From positions 8,555 to 72,554 of the forward strand of contig JBGANF010000029.1 of assembly GCA_044222475.1 (NCBI GenBank): a stretch of DNA of 64,000 bases, in the 5' to 3' direction. Source of the DNA: Polyangiaceae bacterium (lineage in GTDB: Bacteria; Myxococcota_A; Polyangia; Polyangiales; Polyangiaceae). Below are positions 45,537 through 55,267 of the stretch, piece by piece (positions within the stretch are counted from its first letter, which is position 1; every line of letters starts with the position of its first letter). A model generated the notes under the pieces. The model saw only the letters and a list, made by a program, of their open reading frames with translations, was not told where the DNA came from and did no database searches. A program made the translations under genes and the position numbers.

Positions 45537-46931
45537 GTGGCTGACCGTATCCTCGTCGTCGACGACAGCAGCACCTTGCGCAAGGTCGTTTGCGCCATTC
45601 TCTCGCGCCAAGGCTACGACGCCGTCGCGGCAGCGGATGGCCAGACCGCGCTCGAGCTGCTCGCGACCGCGGAGACCCCGTTCGACCTCGTGCTGCTCGA
45701 CTTCGTGATGCCGAAGATGAACGGCTTCCAGTTCTGTCGCGCGGTGCGCGCTCGCGAGGAGTGGAAGCACCTGCCCGTGCTCTTGATGAGCGCGAAGACG
45801 GATCGCATTCGCGAGCAGTTCGTGATGCAGACCGGCGCGGTCGACGCCATCACGAAGCCGTTCGACGCCCAAGCGCTAGCGCTCGCGGTCGAGAACGCGC
45901 TGAAGCGGGTTCGCGCCGGTGTCGCGAACGCGCCGGCGCTCGTCCTCGACGAAGGGGACATGCCGCTTTCGACCCGCTCGCCGGCCGCCCGCGAAGAGAG
46001 CGCGATGCGCGCGCGCGTCGCGGTGGAGCTGGGCGCTCAGCTGGCGAACGTGCTCGCGCCGGTGCTCGCTCGGTTGCCCGCAGACGCGATCGGAGACGAG
46101 GGGCGCATCATGCGCGCGCTCGCGCGCGATCTGTCGCCGGAAGCGCTCGCCGAGCTCGGAGGCGCGCTGGGCAGAGCCGATTTCGGCTCGGAGGTCGTCC
46201 TCAGCGGGAACCTGGCCGCGATCCCGATCGGCGCCGTGCTGCAGCTGCTCCAGCTCGAAGCGCAGACCGGCGTGCTCACGGTTCAAAACGCCGACAGCGA
46301 GACGCACATCTCGATGCGCGGCGGGCTCGTCGATCTGGTCCAGGCGCGCGGCGCATCGACGGAGTTTCGTCTCGGTCGATTCTTCCTCGAAGAGGGGCTG
46401 ATCACTCCGACAGAGATCGACGAGATCGTGAAGAAGAACGAGGGCGCGCCGGAGAGCTCGCGGTCGAAGCTCCTCGGCGATCTGCTGCTTGAGTCAGGCC
46501 GCGTGAGCGCGGAGCAGCTGAAAGACGCGCTGACGAAGCAATCGAGCGAGCTCATCTACGAGCTCCTCCGGTGGCAGGCGGGTCGCTTCCACTTCGCGCG
46601 CGGTGCGAGCTCGGAGCTCGCCGACAAGGCGCGGCTCGCCTTGCCGGTGGCGTCGGTCGTCATGGAGGGGTTCCGCCGCGTCGACGAGTGGCGTGTGATC
46701 GAGTCGAAGATCGGGAGCTTCGACGCGATCCTCACCGCCGACTCTGCCACGCTCGACACGGCCGGCGCCGAGGTGAAGCTCGCGCGCCAAGAGCGCGCGG
46801 TGCTCGAGGCGGTCGACGGAGAGCGCAGCGTGCGCGAGATCATCGCGGCGAGTCACCTCTCGAGCTTCGATGCGTGCCGCATCCTGTTTCAGCTCCTCGA
46901 AGCGCGGCTCGTGCGCCGGCGGGCGGCGTGA
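45537..46931 (+). CDS. Response regulator with DUF4388 (PatA-N-like) domain
   Basis: ILVVDDS, LLDFVMPKMNG, KPF; LSGNLAAIPIGAVLQLL...WQAGRFHF...VMEGFRRVDE. Confidence 0.85.
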   Translation: MADRILVVDDSSTLRKVVCAILSRQGYDAVAAADGQTALELLATAETPFDLVLLDFVMPKMNGFQFCRAVRAREEWKHLPVLLMSAKTDRIREQFVMQTGAVDAITKPFDAQALALAVENALKRVRAGVANAPALVLDEGDMPLSTRSPAAREESAMRARVAVELGAQLANVLAPVLARLPADAIGDEGRIMRALARDLSPEALAELGGALGRADFGSEVVLSGNLAAIPIGAVLQLLQLEAQTGVLTVQNADSETHISMRGGLVDLVQARGASTEFRLGRFFLEEGLITPTEIDEIVKKNEGAPESSRSKLLGDLLLESGRVSAEQLKDALTKQSSELIYELLRWQAGRFHFARGASSELADKARLALPVASVVMEGFRRVDEWRVIESKIGSFDAILTADSATLDTAGAEVKLARQERAVLEAVDGERSVREIIAASHLSSFDACRILFQLLEARLVRRRAA

Positions 46932-47326
46932 CCGTGGGGCACGGGGGCTCGACGCGCGGGGGCGTGCTTCTTCGCGTGGACGGCGCGCTGGCGTTCGTGC
47001 CGGCGGCGTCGGTGCACGGCATCGTGGCGATGCCGCCGATCACGCCGGTGCCCGGTCGTCACGAGCCGCTGCTTGGGATCGCCGAGGTGGGCAACGCGGT
47101 GATCTCGGTGCTGGGGCTCGGGGGCACCGGCGCATCGCACGGGATGCTCGTCGTCGCGAAACATGCGGGGGAGCAGGTGGGGCTCGCCGGCGTCGAGGTG
47201 ATCGGTACGGGACACTACGACGTGGATGCGTCGGCGCCGGACTGTGTACGCGTCGACGGCGAGCGGGTGCCGTCGCTCGACGTGGGAGCGATCTACGATC
47301 GGGTGAAGTCCGCGGCGTGGGGTTGA
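46928..47326 (+). CDS. CheW-like protein
   Basis: ITPVPG...LLGIAEVGNAVISVL...VGLAGVEVIG; GTGA overlap. Confidence 0.7.
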   Translation: MTVGHGGSTRGGVLLRVDGALAFVPAASVHGIVAMPPITPVPGRHEPLLGIAEVGNAVISVLGLGGTGASHGMLVVAKHAGEQVGLAGVEVIGTGHYDVDASAPDCVRVDGERVPSLDVGAIYDRVKSAAWG

Positions 47327-47330
47327 GCGA

Positions 47331-48413
47331 CTAGACCACCTCGACCGTCGCCGCTTCGAATTGCTTTCCCGTCAGGCGATGTGTCGCGAGCACCACGTCT
47401 TCCAGGCGCGTGATCCCGTGCTGCCTCGTGCGCGCGAGGAGCGCCTCGACGCGCGCGCGCGACGCCGCGTTTTCGTTCGCGCTCAGACGCCCGCTCGCGA
47501 GCGCATCGCTGATCGCCTTCGCGAAGCCTCGCGCCCGGTCGGTGCTCGTGAAGTGCGAGCACACCATGAGCAGATCGGTCCCGGACTCGAGGAGGCGCAC
47601 CGCCGCCGTGGGATCGTCGAAGATCTTCGACACCGCGTTCATCCCGATGTCGTCCGAGACGACGACGCCCTCGTAGCCGAGCTCTTCGCGCAAGATGCCG
47701 TGGACGAACCTTCGCGACAGCGTCGCCGGAACCTCGCGATCGACCGGCGGGAACATCACGTGCGCCGTCATGATCATCGGCATCTTCGCGCGCGCCGCCG
47801 CGGCGAACGGCACGAGCTCGCGCGCGCGAAGCCCGGCGAGGTCGCGATCGACGACCGGTAGTGCGTAGTGGCTGTCCTGCGCGGTGTCGCCGTGACCCGG
47901 GAAGTGCTTGCCGCACGCGAGGACTCCGGCGCTCGCGAGGCCTTCGGCGAAGGCGAGGGCGGCGCGCGTCACCGACTCGGGATCGCTCGCGAACGCGCGC
48001 TCGCCGATGACCGGGTTCTTCGGGTTCGAGTCGATGTCGAGCACCGGCGCGAAGCTGAGGTTCACGCCGATCGACGCGAGCTCCGTCCCCATCGCTCGAC
48101 CGACCGCGCCGGCTTCGTTGGCCCAGTGGCGCGCGTAAGCGAAGCGCGTGATCGGCTTCGGCGTGCGGCACACGCGGCCGCCTTCGTGATCGATGCCGAC
48201 GAAGATCTCGTCGCGACCGATCGCGGCGCGCACGTCCCAGAGGAGCTTCCCGAACACATCGAGCCAACCCTCGTACTCGAGGTCGTGCCGGAAGTTCGAC
48301 TTGTAGACGATGACGCCCGCGGGCCGGAGCTCGGAGAGGAGCGCGCGATCCTCTTCGGCCAGCGTCGGAGACGGTCGAAGCCCGAGGATGAAATGATCAC
48401 CGACGTGAGCCAT
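47331..48413 (-). CDS. nagZ: Beta-N-acetylhexosaminidase (GH3)
   Basis: IDHEGGRV, FAPVLD, KHFPGHGDTAQDSH, MTAHV, VSDDIGM. Confidence 0.9.
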   Translation of the reverse strand: MAHVGDHFILGLRPSPTLAEEDRALLSELRPAGVIVYKSNFRHDLEYEGWLDVFGKLLWDVRAAIGRDEIFVGIDHEGGRVCRTPKPITRFAYARHWANEAGAVGRAMGTELASIGVNLSFAPVLDIDSNPKNPVIGERAFASDPESVTRAALAFAEGLASAGVLACGKHFPGHGDTAQDSHYALPVVDRDLAGLRARELVPFAAAARAKMPMIMTAHVMFPPVDREVPATLSRRFVHGILREELGYEGVVVSDDIGMNAVSKIFDDPTAAVRLLESGTDLLMVCSHFTSTDRARGFAKAISDALASGRLSANENAASRARVEALLARTRQHGITRLEDVVLATHRLTGKQFEAATVEVV

Positions 48414-48470
48414 GGAGGCCACGATACCTCAGCGCCGCCACGGCGCTCTTGGGAGTCTGACATTGGAGCA

Positions 48471-49028
48471 TCACGTCCCCCGGTAGGACCGCGTGGGCTG
48501 GAGCAGGACCGAGTCGAACGACGCCTCGCGAACTCGCTTTGCGACCGGCTCCGTCACGACGATGAACCGCGGGCTGTAGGGAAGCCGGAACGCGAGCAGC
48601 CCGCCGGTCCGGCTCGGGTCGACGGCGATCGCACCCGTGAACCGCGGCTTGCCGCGGCGCATCTCGTGAACGGAGCTCGAGAGGTCGACTGCATCGACGC
48701 GGCCCACCACGTTGACGGCGAAGTAGTCGGTCCGCTCCGCCCCGTCGCGTCGATTCCTGAGCACCACCGGAAAGGACTCGATGTTCGTGACTCCGCTCGC
48801 GCGCAGCTCCTCGAGCAAGCGACTCGACATCACCGGAACCGACGTATCGAAGAAGTCGGGGAAGTTCTTCGCCTGGCCATCGTCGAGCAGGAACGTATCG
48901 CGCGGAAACGGGCGGTCGAACGAGGTACCGTCGACCCAGTCGAACTGCGCGCTGGTGTCCGTGTGGCCCACGATCTCGACGCCGGTGGCGTCGCCGAAGA
49001 GGTCCTGGCGCAGGAAGAAGAACTCCAT
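48471..49028 (-). CDS. Imm11/DUF1629-like protein (orphan immunity-type)
   Basis: PDFF...PVMSSRLLEEL...NIESFPVVL...DYFAVNVVGRVDAVDL...FRL...IVVTEPV. Confidence 0.6.
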   Translation of the reverse strand: MEFFFLRQDLFGDATGVEIVGHTDTSAQFDWVDGTSFDRPFPRDTFLLDDGQAKNFPDFFDTSVPVMSSRLLEELRASGVTNIESFPVVLRNRRDGAERTDYFAVNVVGRVDAVDLSSSVHEMRRGKPRFTGAIAVDPSRTGGLLAFRLPYSPRFIVVTEPVAKRVREASFDSVLLQPTRSYRGT

Positions 49029-49099
49029 GCCGCAACGGACCGTATCACGCACTATGATGCCGCCGTGCCGAGCCGAGCGATGCGAAAGCGGTGGACCCC

Positions 49100-50668
49100 A
49101 TGACGGGCGCCGAGCTGCTCTCGCTCCTGCCGCTCTTTCTCGCGTCGCTGGTTCCCGCCAGCCTCGTCGTCGCGGCGTTCCTCGTTTCGCGCGAGCGAGC
49201 TCGCTTCTTGACCGTGCCGACGTTCGTCACGACGCTCACCGCGGGCCTCGCGTACCTTGCGGTGATCCTCCGGCCGTTGCTCTCCTTGCTCGGGTACGAC
49301 GCCCGCACGACGAGACCGGGCTCGGTCATGCTCGACGTCGTCCAGCTCGACGTCGTGTCGAGCGCGATGTTCGTCCTCGTGTGCACGCTCGCCCTCGTCG
49401 TCGTGCGCTTCTCGCGGTCGTACCTCGCCGGCCAGCGCGAGCTCGATCGCTACGCGCGCTACCTCCTCCTCACCGTCGCGTCCGTCACCGTCCTCGTGAC
49501 CACGAACCACCTCGCGGTGCTGATGGTGGCGTGGTTCGCGACCGATGTCGGGTTGCACCAGCTCCTCACGTTCTTCCGAACGCGCCGCCAAGCGATCATC
49601 GTCGCGCACAAGAAGTTCCTCCTGAGCCGCGTCGCCGATGCGTGCTTCGTCTCGTCTCTAGTGCTCATCGGATCCTCGATGGGGTCGCTCCGGATCGACG
49701 TCCTGAACGCCGCCGCTCACGCGAGCGGCGAGCTCTCGCCGACCGTCCACCTCGCGACCGTTCTGCTCGTTTTCGGCGTCCTCCTCAAATCGGCGCAGGT
49801 CCCCTTCCACGGGTGGATGCAACAAGTCATGGAGGCCCCCACGCCGGTCTCCGCGCTCCTTCACGCTGGCGTCGTGAACATCGGCGGCTTCGTCATGATC
49901 CGCCTCGCGCCCGTCATGGCCCATGCGTCCCTCGCTCAGAGCATCCTCCTCGGCGTCGGGTTGTTCACGACGATCGTCGCGTCCCTCGTGATGACGACTC
50001 GCCCCGCGCTGAAGGGCGTCCTCGCGTGGTCCACGATCGGGCAGATGGGCTTCATGCTCGTGCAGTGCGGGCTCGGCGCGTGGCACATGGCGCTGATGCA
50101 CCTCCTCGCGCACTCGCTGTACAAGGCGCACACGTTCTTGAGCGCGGGCTCCGTCGTCGACCAGTGGCGCGCGTCGCACCTCGTCCACAACGCACGCGCA
50201 CGGATCTGGCACTTGCTCGCCGGCGCTGCGCTCGTGTGCTTCGCGGTGTTCCCATTCTACGCGGCGACCGCGTTCCGAACGGGTCACGTGTCGAGCACCG
50301 TCGGACCGCTGGCGTTCGTGCTGGGCTTGAGCTTCGCGCCCATGATCGGTCGCGCTCTCGCCGCCGGGTGGCGGGCGTTCATGCTGGCGGCGCTGTTCAC
50401 GGTCGGAGCGGCGGCGGCGTACTTCGGGTGGCACGTCGTCTTCGAGGAGATCGCGCCATGGATCAGCGCGGACGCTCCGACGTCGACCTTCAAGTGGTCC
50501 ATCGTCGTCGGCGGGCTCGTCGTCCTGTTCATCGCGCAGTCCATCCTGCAGACGAGCCCGAACGGCCGCTTCGCGAACTGGCTCCAGCCGCACCTTCTCA
50601 GCGGCCTCTACATCGACGATTGGTTCACGCGCGTGACGTTCCGCCTCTGGCCGCCGGGGCTGCAATGA
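49100..50668 (+). CDS. dabB: DabB, NuoL-like membrane subunit of the DAB inorganic carbon pump
   Basis: KSAQVPFHGW, MEAPTPVSALLHAGVVNIGG, AHSLYKAHTFL; directly upstream of a DUF2309 gene. Confidence 0.85.
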   Translation: MTGAELLSLLPLFLASLVPASLVVAAFLVSRERARFLTVPTFVTTLTAGLAYLAVILRPLLSLLGYDARTTRPGSVMLDVVQLDVVSSAMFVLVCTLALVVVRFSRSYLAGQRELDRYARYLLLTVASVTVLVTTNHLAVLMVAWFATDVGLHQLLTFFRTRRQAIIVAHKKFLLSRVADACFVSSLVLIGSSMGSLRIDVLNAAAHASGELSPTVHLATVLLVFGVLLKSAQVPFHGWMQQVMEAPTPVSALLHAGVVNIGGFVMIRLAPVMAHASLAQSILLGVGLFTTIVASLVMTTRPALKGVLAWSTIGQMGFMLVQCGLGAWHMALMHLLAHSLYKAHTFLSAGSVVDQWRASHLVHNARARIWHLLAGAALVCFAVFPFYAATAFRTGHVSSTVGPLAFVLGLSFAPMIGRALAAGWRAFMLAALFTVGAAAAYFGWHVVFEEIAPWISADAPTSTFKWSIVVGGLVVLFIAQSILQTSPNGRFANWLQPHLLSGLYIDDWFTRVTFRLWPPGLQ

Positions 50669-53089
50669 CCGATCTCGCTGCGGTCAAGGAAGCCGCCGAG
50701 CGCGCGTGCAGTCGCATCGCGCCGACGTGGCCACTCGACCGATTCATCGCGGTGAATCCCTTTTGGGGACGCACCGACAAGCGGCTCCCGCTCGTCGCCG
50801 GAGAGCTCGCGGCACTCTCGGGTGCTCGCCTCCTCATGCCGCGCGACTGGTACGCCGAGGAGTGGCGCGCCGGACGGCTACGTGCCGAGCACCTTCGCGA
50901 GGCGATCACGGAGAGCAACTCGGACCTCACCGAGGACGACCTGATCGCGCTTTTCTGGACCGGCGAGCCGACACCGTCGAGGCGTCCTCTCGTCGTCGAC
51001 GTCATGGAAGCGCTCCGCCGTCGCGAGCACGAGCTCACCTGGCGCGAGTTCGTGATGGAGGGCATCAGTCGATTCTGCGGTTCCTACTTCGACGACGGTC
51101 AAGCTCAGATCAACGCAGCCCGCGCGGGCGGCTTGTATGCGAGCTGGCGAAAGCAGGCCGAAACCGACCAGAAGCCCCACCTCTTCATGGCGCTCGATCG
51201 GTACAGGCCCACCATGGCGTCGCTGCCGAGCACCGCGGACGAGATGCTCGCGCGCGGCTGCGCGGACCTCGCGGTACCGGAGGGCGAGCGCGAGCGCTAT
51301 TTTGCGGCGCTCCTTCTCGACGTCAACGGGTGGGCGTCTTGGTGCGCGTACCTCCGCTGGACCGCCAGGCTCGCCGGTGACGACGACGATCACGTGCGCG
51401 AGCTCTTGGCGATCCGCCTCGCGTGGGAGTGGATCATCCTCTCGTCGAGCGACGAGACGATTCGGGCAGAGTGGCGCTTCGCGATGACGAGCTGGCCGGC
51501 GATCGACCTCGCGGCGCGAACCGCGCGAGCCAAGGACTGATCCTCCAACGCGCGGTCGAGTTGGCGTGCCTCTCCCCGTTGCGCCCGATGCTCATCCAGG
51601 GCCTCGACGCGCAACGCCCACCGACGCCCACGCTGCAGGCCGCCTTCTGCATCGACGTGCGGTCGGAGATCTTTCGCCGAGCGCTCGAGGCCACCGGCGA
51701 CGGAATCCAGACGTTCGGGGTCGCCGGCTTCTTCGGGGTCCCGATGGAATACGTGCTGCTCGCGGCCACGCGCGCCCGCACCTCCCCGGCCTCTTGGCGC
51801 CAAAGTATCGCGCCACGGACGGGGGTGTGCCGCCCGGGCTCGAAGCGAAGCGGAGGGCGCGCCTCGAAGCCGCGCACGCGTGGAAGGCGTTCAAGTCGAG
51901 CTGCTCGAGCTTCGCGTACGTCGATGCGATGGGGCTCTTCTTCGCCCACAGCATGTTCCGCGACGCCTTCGGGCGAGCGAAAGGCGCGGGCCTGACTACA
52001 AGCGCAGGTCTGGAGCCGGCCGAGAACGCGACGCGACGCCCCGCATCACGAGCCACGTCGATCAAGGCTGCCGCCTTCAACCGAGGAACGGTAGTGACCT
52101 CGCTGCGAGCGTTCTTCGCACGATGGGCCTCGTTCCGAGACTTCGCCCGCATCGTGTTGCTCGTCGGTCACGGGAGCGAGACCCAGAACAACGCGTACGG
52201 CGCCGGCCTCGACTGCGGCGCCTGCTGCGGTCAACGCGGTGACGTGAACGCGCGCGCGACGGCCGCGCTCCTGAACGAGCCGGAGGTGCGCGCCGGGCTC
52301 GCCGCCCGCGGCATCGAGGTCCCGGAGTCGACGCTCTTCGTCGCAGCGCTCCACAACACGACGACCGACGAGGTGACGCTCTTCGCCGAGGACATGGCTG
52401 CTCCGACGCACCAGGCCGATCTCGCCGACGCGCAGGTCCTGCTCGGTCGGGCGAGCGTTGCGACGCGCCGCGAGCGCGCGCCGCGGCTCGGGCTGGTGGA
52501 TCTCACCGACGACCAGATCTACGCCGCCGTCGTCAAGCGCGCGACGAACTGGGCCGAGGTGCGCCCCGAGTGGGGACTCGCGCGCAACGCCATCTTCATC
52601 GTGGCGCCCCGGGAGCGAAGCCAACACATCGATCTCGAAGGGCGCGCGTTCCTCCACGACTACCGCGCCGACGACGACGCGGACCACGCGATCCTCGAGG
52701 CCATCATGACGGGGCCCGTGGTCGTCGCGCACTGGATCAACTTCCAGTACTACGCGTCCACCGTCGACAACGCGCGCTACGGCACTGGAGACAAAGTGCT
52801 GCACAACGCGGTCGGCGGACACCTCGGCGTGTTCGAGGGCAACGGCGGCGACCTCCGGATCGGTCTGTCGCTGCAATCGCTGCACGATGGCGAGCGGTGG
52901 GTGCACTCGCCGCTCCGGCTCGGCGTGTTCATCGAAGCGCCGCGGGCCGCGATCGATCGCGTGCTCGACAAACATCGGAAGGTGCGAGAGCTCGTCGACA
53001 ACGAGTGGATCCACCTGTTCCAGCTCGATGCCGCCGAGCGAGCCGTCTTCGTGCGCCGCGACGGAGGATGGAAGCCAGCCTCGACGTGA
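50665..53089 (+). pseudogene. dabA: DabA (DUF2309), frameshifted (pseudogene or sequencing errors)
   Basis: IAPTWPLDRFIAVNPF (frame stops at 51540); FCIDVRSE...AGFFG in a second frame; GHGS, LDCGACCG, HNTTTDE, WAEVRPEWGLA, WINFQYYAS, GNGGDLRIGL in a third. Confidence 0.85.
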
Positions 53090-53104
53090 CCTGCGCGACC
53101 GCGT

Positions 53105-53695
53105 TCAAGGCTCGATGGTGTGCACCGGCACTGCCTTCGAACCGCTTCCCTCGTACACGGTGGCGCTCAACGTTCCGTCCGGATGGACTCTGCCGATGAT
53201 GCGGATCTTCGAGCCAGACACCTTGGGGGTGTACTCGACGATCTTTGGGTCGATCTCGGCCGAGTCGAACGTGATGTCCTGGAGATTGCCGAAGCCGTCG
53301 CTACGGGCCACCGTCCCTTGGAGGACTCCTTTGGGCAGCGCGCCGTTCGATTGAATGGTGATCCACGCGTCGGCGTACACGGTCGCGGGGACTCCGCCGC
53401 CCACTCCAGCGCTGTAGGCCGGTTCGCACGTGACCACGCCGGTCGTCGCTTCCAGCGTCACGGTCATGCTGCCTGCCGCCCCGGTGCGTCCGACGAAGTC
53501 TCCCGCGAGGTTCTCGAGGAGCGAAGCACGCGTCAGCGGCGGAGTCGACGAAGAGCACGAGGCATCTCCTTCGAGAATGGTCGGCGGCGGCTTCGGCTCG
53601 GCGCAGTCGTCGCACTGCCCCCATCCGCAATGCGCTACCGCAGCCGGAATTGCGAGCGTCGTCATCAAGGTAGCCAGTCGACCAAGTGGACCCAT
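53105..53695 (-). CDS. Hypothetical exported protein or lipoprotein
   Basis: Hydrophobic N-terminus ending AVAHC; Cys pairs. Confidence 0.55.
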   Translation of the reverse strand: MGPLGRLATLMTTLAIPAAVAHCGWGQCDDCAEPKPPPTILEGDASCSSSTPPLTRASLLENLAGDFVGRTGAAGSMTVTLEATTGVVTCEPAYSAGVGGGVPATVYADAWITIQSNGALPKGVLQGTVARSDGFGNLQDITFDSAEIDPKIVEYTPKVSGSKIRIIGRVHPDGTLSATVYEGSGSKAVPVHTIEP

Positions 53696-53749
53696 TTCGG
53701 TGCCTCCTGACCGTGCATGTCGGCTCGCGACGGTTCCTTCACGAATCTT

Positions 53750-54604
53750 TCAGCCGACGCGAAACACCACGCAGGAGACGTTGTCGGGGCCTCCGTTCTC
53801 GTTCGCGAGGGACACCAGCTCGTCACCCATGCGCCCGAGGTCGGCGCCGCTCTCCAGGATTCGTTGGATCTCGGCATCCCCCACCGGGCCGGACAACCCG
53901 TCGCTGCAGAGCAGCACCACATCACCCGGTCGGATGTCGTGACGGGTGAGCACGACGTCGAGCGTCGCCGACGCGCCGACCGCTTGGAGGATCACGTTGC
54001 TGCCGGGCAGCTCTGCGCCGGGCCGTGCTTCCGGCGACTGCGCGCGTAACCACTCGGCCATCGTCTGATCGCGCGTGAGCTGCGTGAGACGCCCGTCGCG
54101 CAACGAGTACGCGCGGCTGTCGCCGACCTGAGCCACGAGCATCGAGCCGAAACCGATCGCCGCCAGCGTCGCGGTGGTGCCCATTCGCCGATACCGCGGG
54201 TGCTCGCGGCAGAACGTCTTGATGCGCGACGCCGCGACGTCGATGCTCGTCTTCATCGCGCGCGCGAGGCGCTCTTCGGCGGTGGGGACCGTTCGCGGCG
54301 GATCGGCGAGGAACCGCGACCACGACGTCGCCATCGCGCCGGCGATCGCCTCGACCGCCAGCGTCGATGCGATCTCGCCGCCGACCTCCCCGCCCATGCC
54401 GTCACACACCAGCGCGAAGAACCCGCACGGCGTCACGTCGACCGCGACCTCGCACGGACCCACCCAGGTCCGGCCTGCCGCCGGATCGCCGACCAGAACG
54501 CGGTCCTCGTTCTCCGGGCGGTGGCGGCCCACGTCCGAACGCGACGCCGCGGTGAGGTGCAATCGAGGGGGTGGAAAGGGGTCAGGCTCGTAGATGGCTC
54601 CCAT
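53750..54604 (-). CDS. PP2C-family Ser/Thr protein phosphatase
   Basis: SDVGRHRPENED, CDGMGG, MGTT, VGDSRAY, LLCSDGL, GGPDNVS. Confidence 0.9.
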   Translation of the reverse strand: MGAIYEPDPFPPPRLHLTAASRSDVGRHRPENEDRVLVGDPAAGRTWVGPCEVAVDVTPCGFFALVCDGMGGEVGGEIASTLAVEAIAGAMATSWSRFLADPPRTVPTAEERLARAMKTSIDVAASRIKTFCREHPRYRRMGTTATLAAIGFGSMLVAQVGDSRAYSLRDGRLTQLTRDQTMAEWLRAQSPEARPGAELPGSNVILQAVGASATLDVVLTRHDIRPGDVVLLCSDGLSGPVGDAEIQRILESGADLGRMGDELVSLANENGGPDNVSCVVFRVG

Positions 54605-54639
54605 GACAACTATGGTTGTCATAGAAACTAAAGCTGTCA
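54603..54639. promoter_or_regulatory. Palindromic operator ATGACAAC-TATG-GTTGTCAT with adjacent degenerate copy
   Basis: Perfect 8-bp inverted repeat at 54603-54622; TAGAAACTAAAGCTGTCA (54622-54639) matches 12/18; lies between divergent PP2C and XRE genes. Confidence 0.65.
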
Positions 54640-54691
54640 ACACCCGCCGAGGGTGACCCGGCACTTCCCGCGCGTTACAGTCACGACTGAG

Positions 54692-55261
54692 ATGAAGGGG
54701 CGTGCAAAACGCGGCGAGGCATCGTCCGAGAACCACTGGCAAACCCGCCTGGTGGAGGCGATGGACGCGCGTGGCCTCTCGGGCGGGGAGCTCGCGCGGC
54801 GCGCGGGTTTCACCGCCCAGTACGTGAACTCGCTGAAGAACGGCGAGCGCGGTGCGCGGCTCCCGATCGAGACGGTGCGGAAGCTCGCGGCGGCGCTCGG
54901 CGTCTCGGTCGACTGGCTCGCCCGGGGCGAAGGCGCGCGCGAGCGCCTGAGCGACGTGTTTCCCATCCAACCGCCGCAGCAACCTGCGTCGGAGTATCGC
55001 ATCTCGGCCTTCCGCGAGCCGTTGCCGTCGGATCTGTACCCGTCCCGCGCCGAGGCGATCGCGTTGCTCCAGGCGGTGGTCGCTCCCGAGGTCGTCGACG
55101 CGCTCCGAACGGTCGTCCCAGAAGGGGACGGCGATCCCGGTCGCGAGTGGTGGATCGCCTACGCCAAGTCGCTCGCGAAGGATTTCAAGCGCATCAAGGA
55201 CGACCCCGACTTCGGTGGCGGCCCACCCAAGTCGTCGCACGTCCCCACTCGCAAGAAGTGA
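54692..55261 (+). CDS. XRE-family HTH transcriptional regulator
   Basis: RLVEAMDARGLSGGELARRAGFTAQYVNSLKNG...KLAAALGVSVDWLARGEG. Confidence 0.85.
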   Translation: MKGRAKRGEASSENHWQTRLVEAMDARGLSGGELARRAGFTAQYVNSLKNGERGARLPIETVRKLAAALGVSVDWLARGEGARERLSDVFPIQPPQQPASEYRISAFREPLPSDLYPSRAEAIALLQAVVAPEVVDALRTVVPEGDGDPGREWWIAYAKSLAKDFKRIKDDPDFGGGPPKSSHVPTRKK

Positions 55262-55267
55262 CCCGCG

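Noticed and set aside
49100..50668. Respiratory complex I nuoL
   Set aside because: No other nuo genes are present and it is coupled to a DUF2309 gene, which indicates dabB
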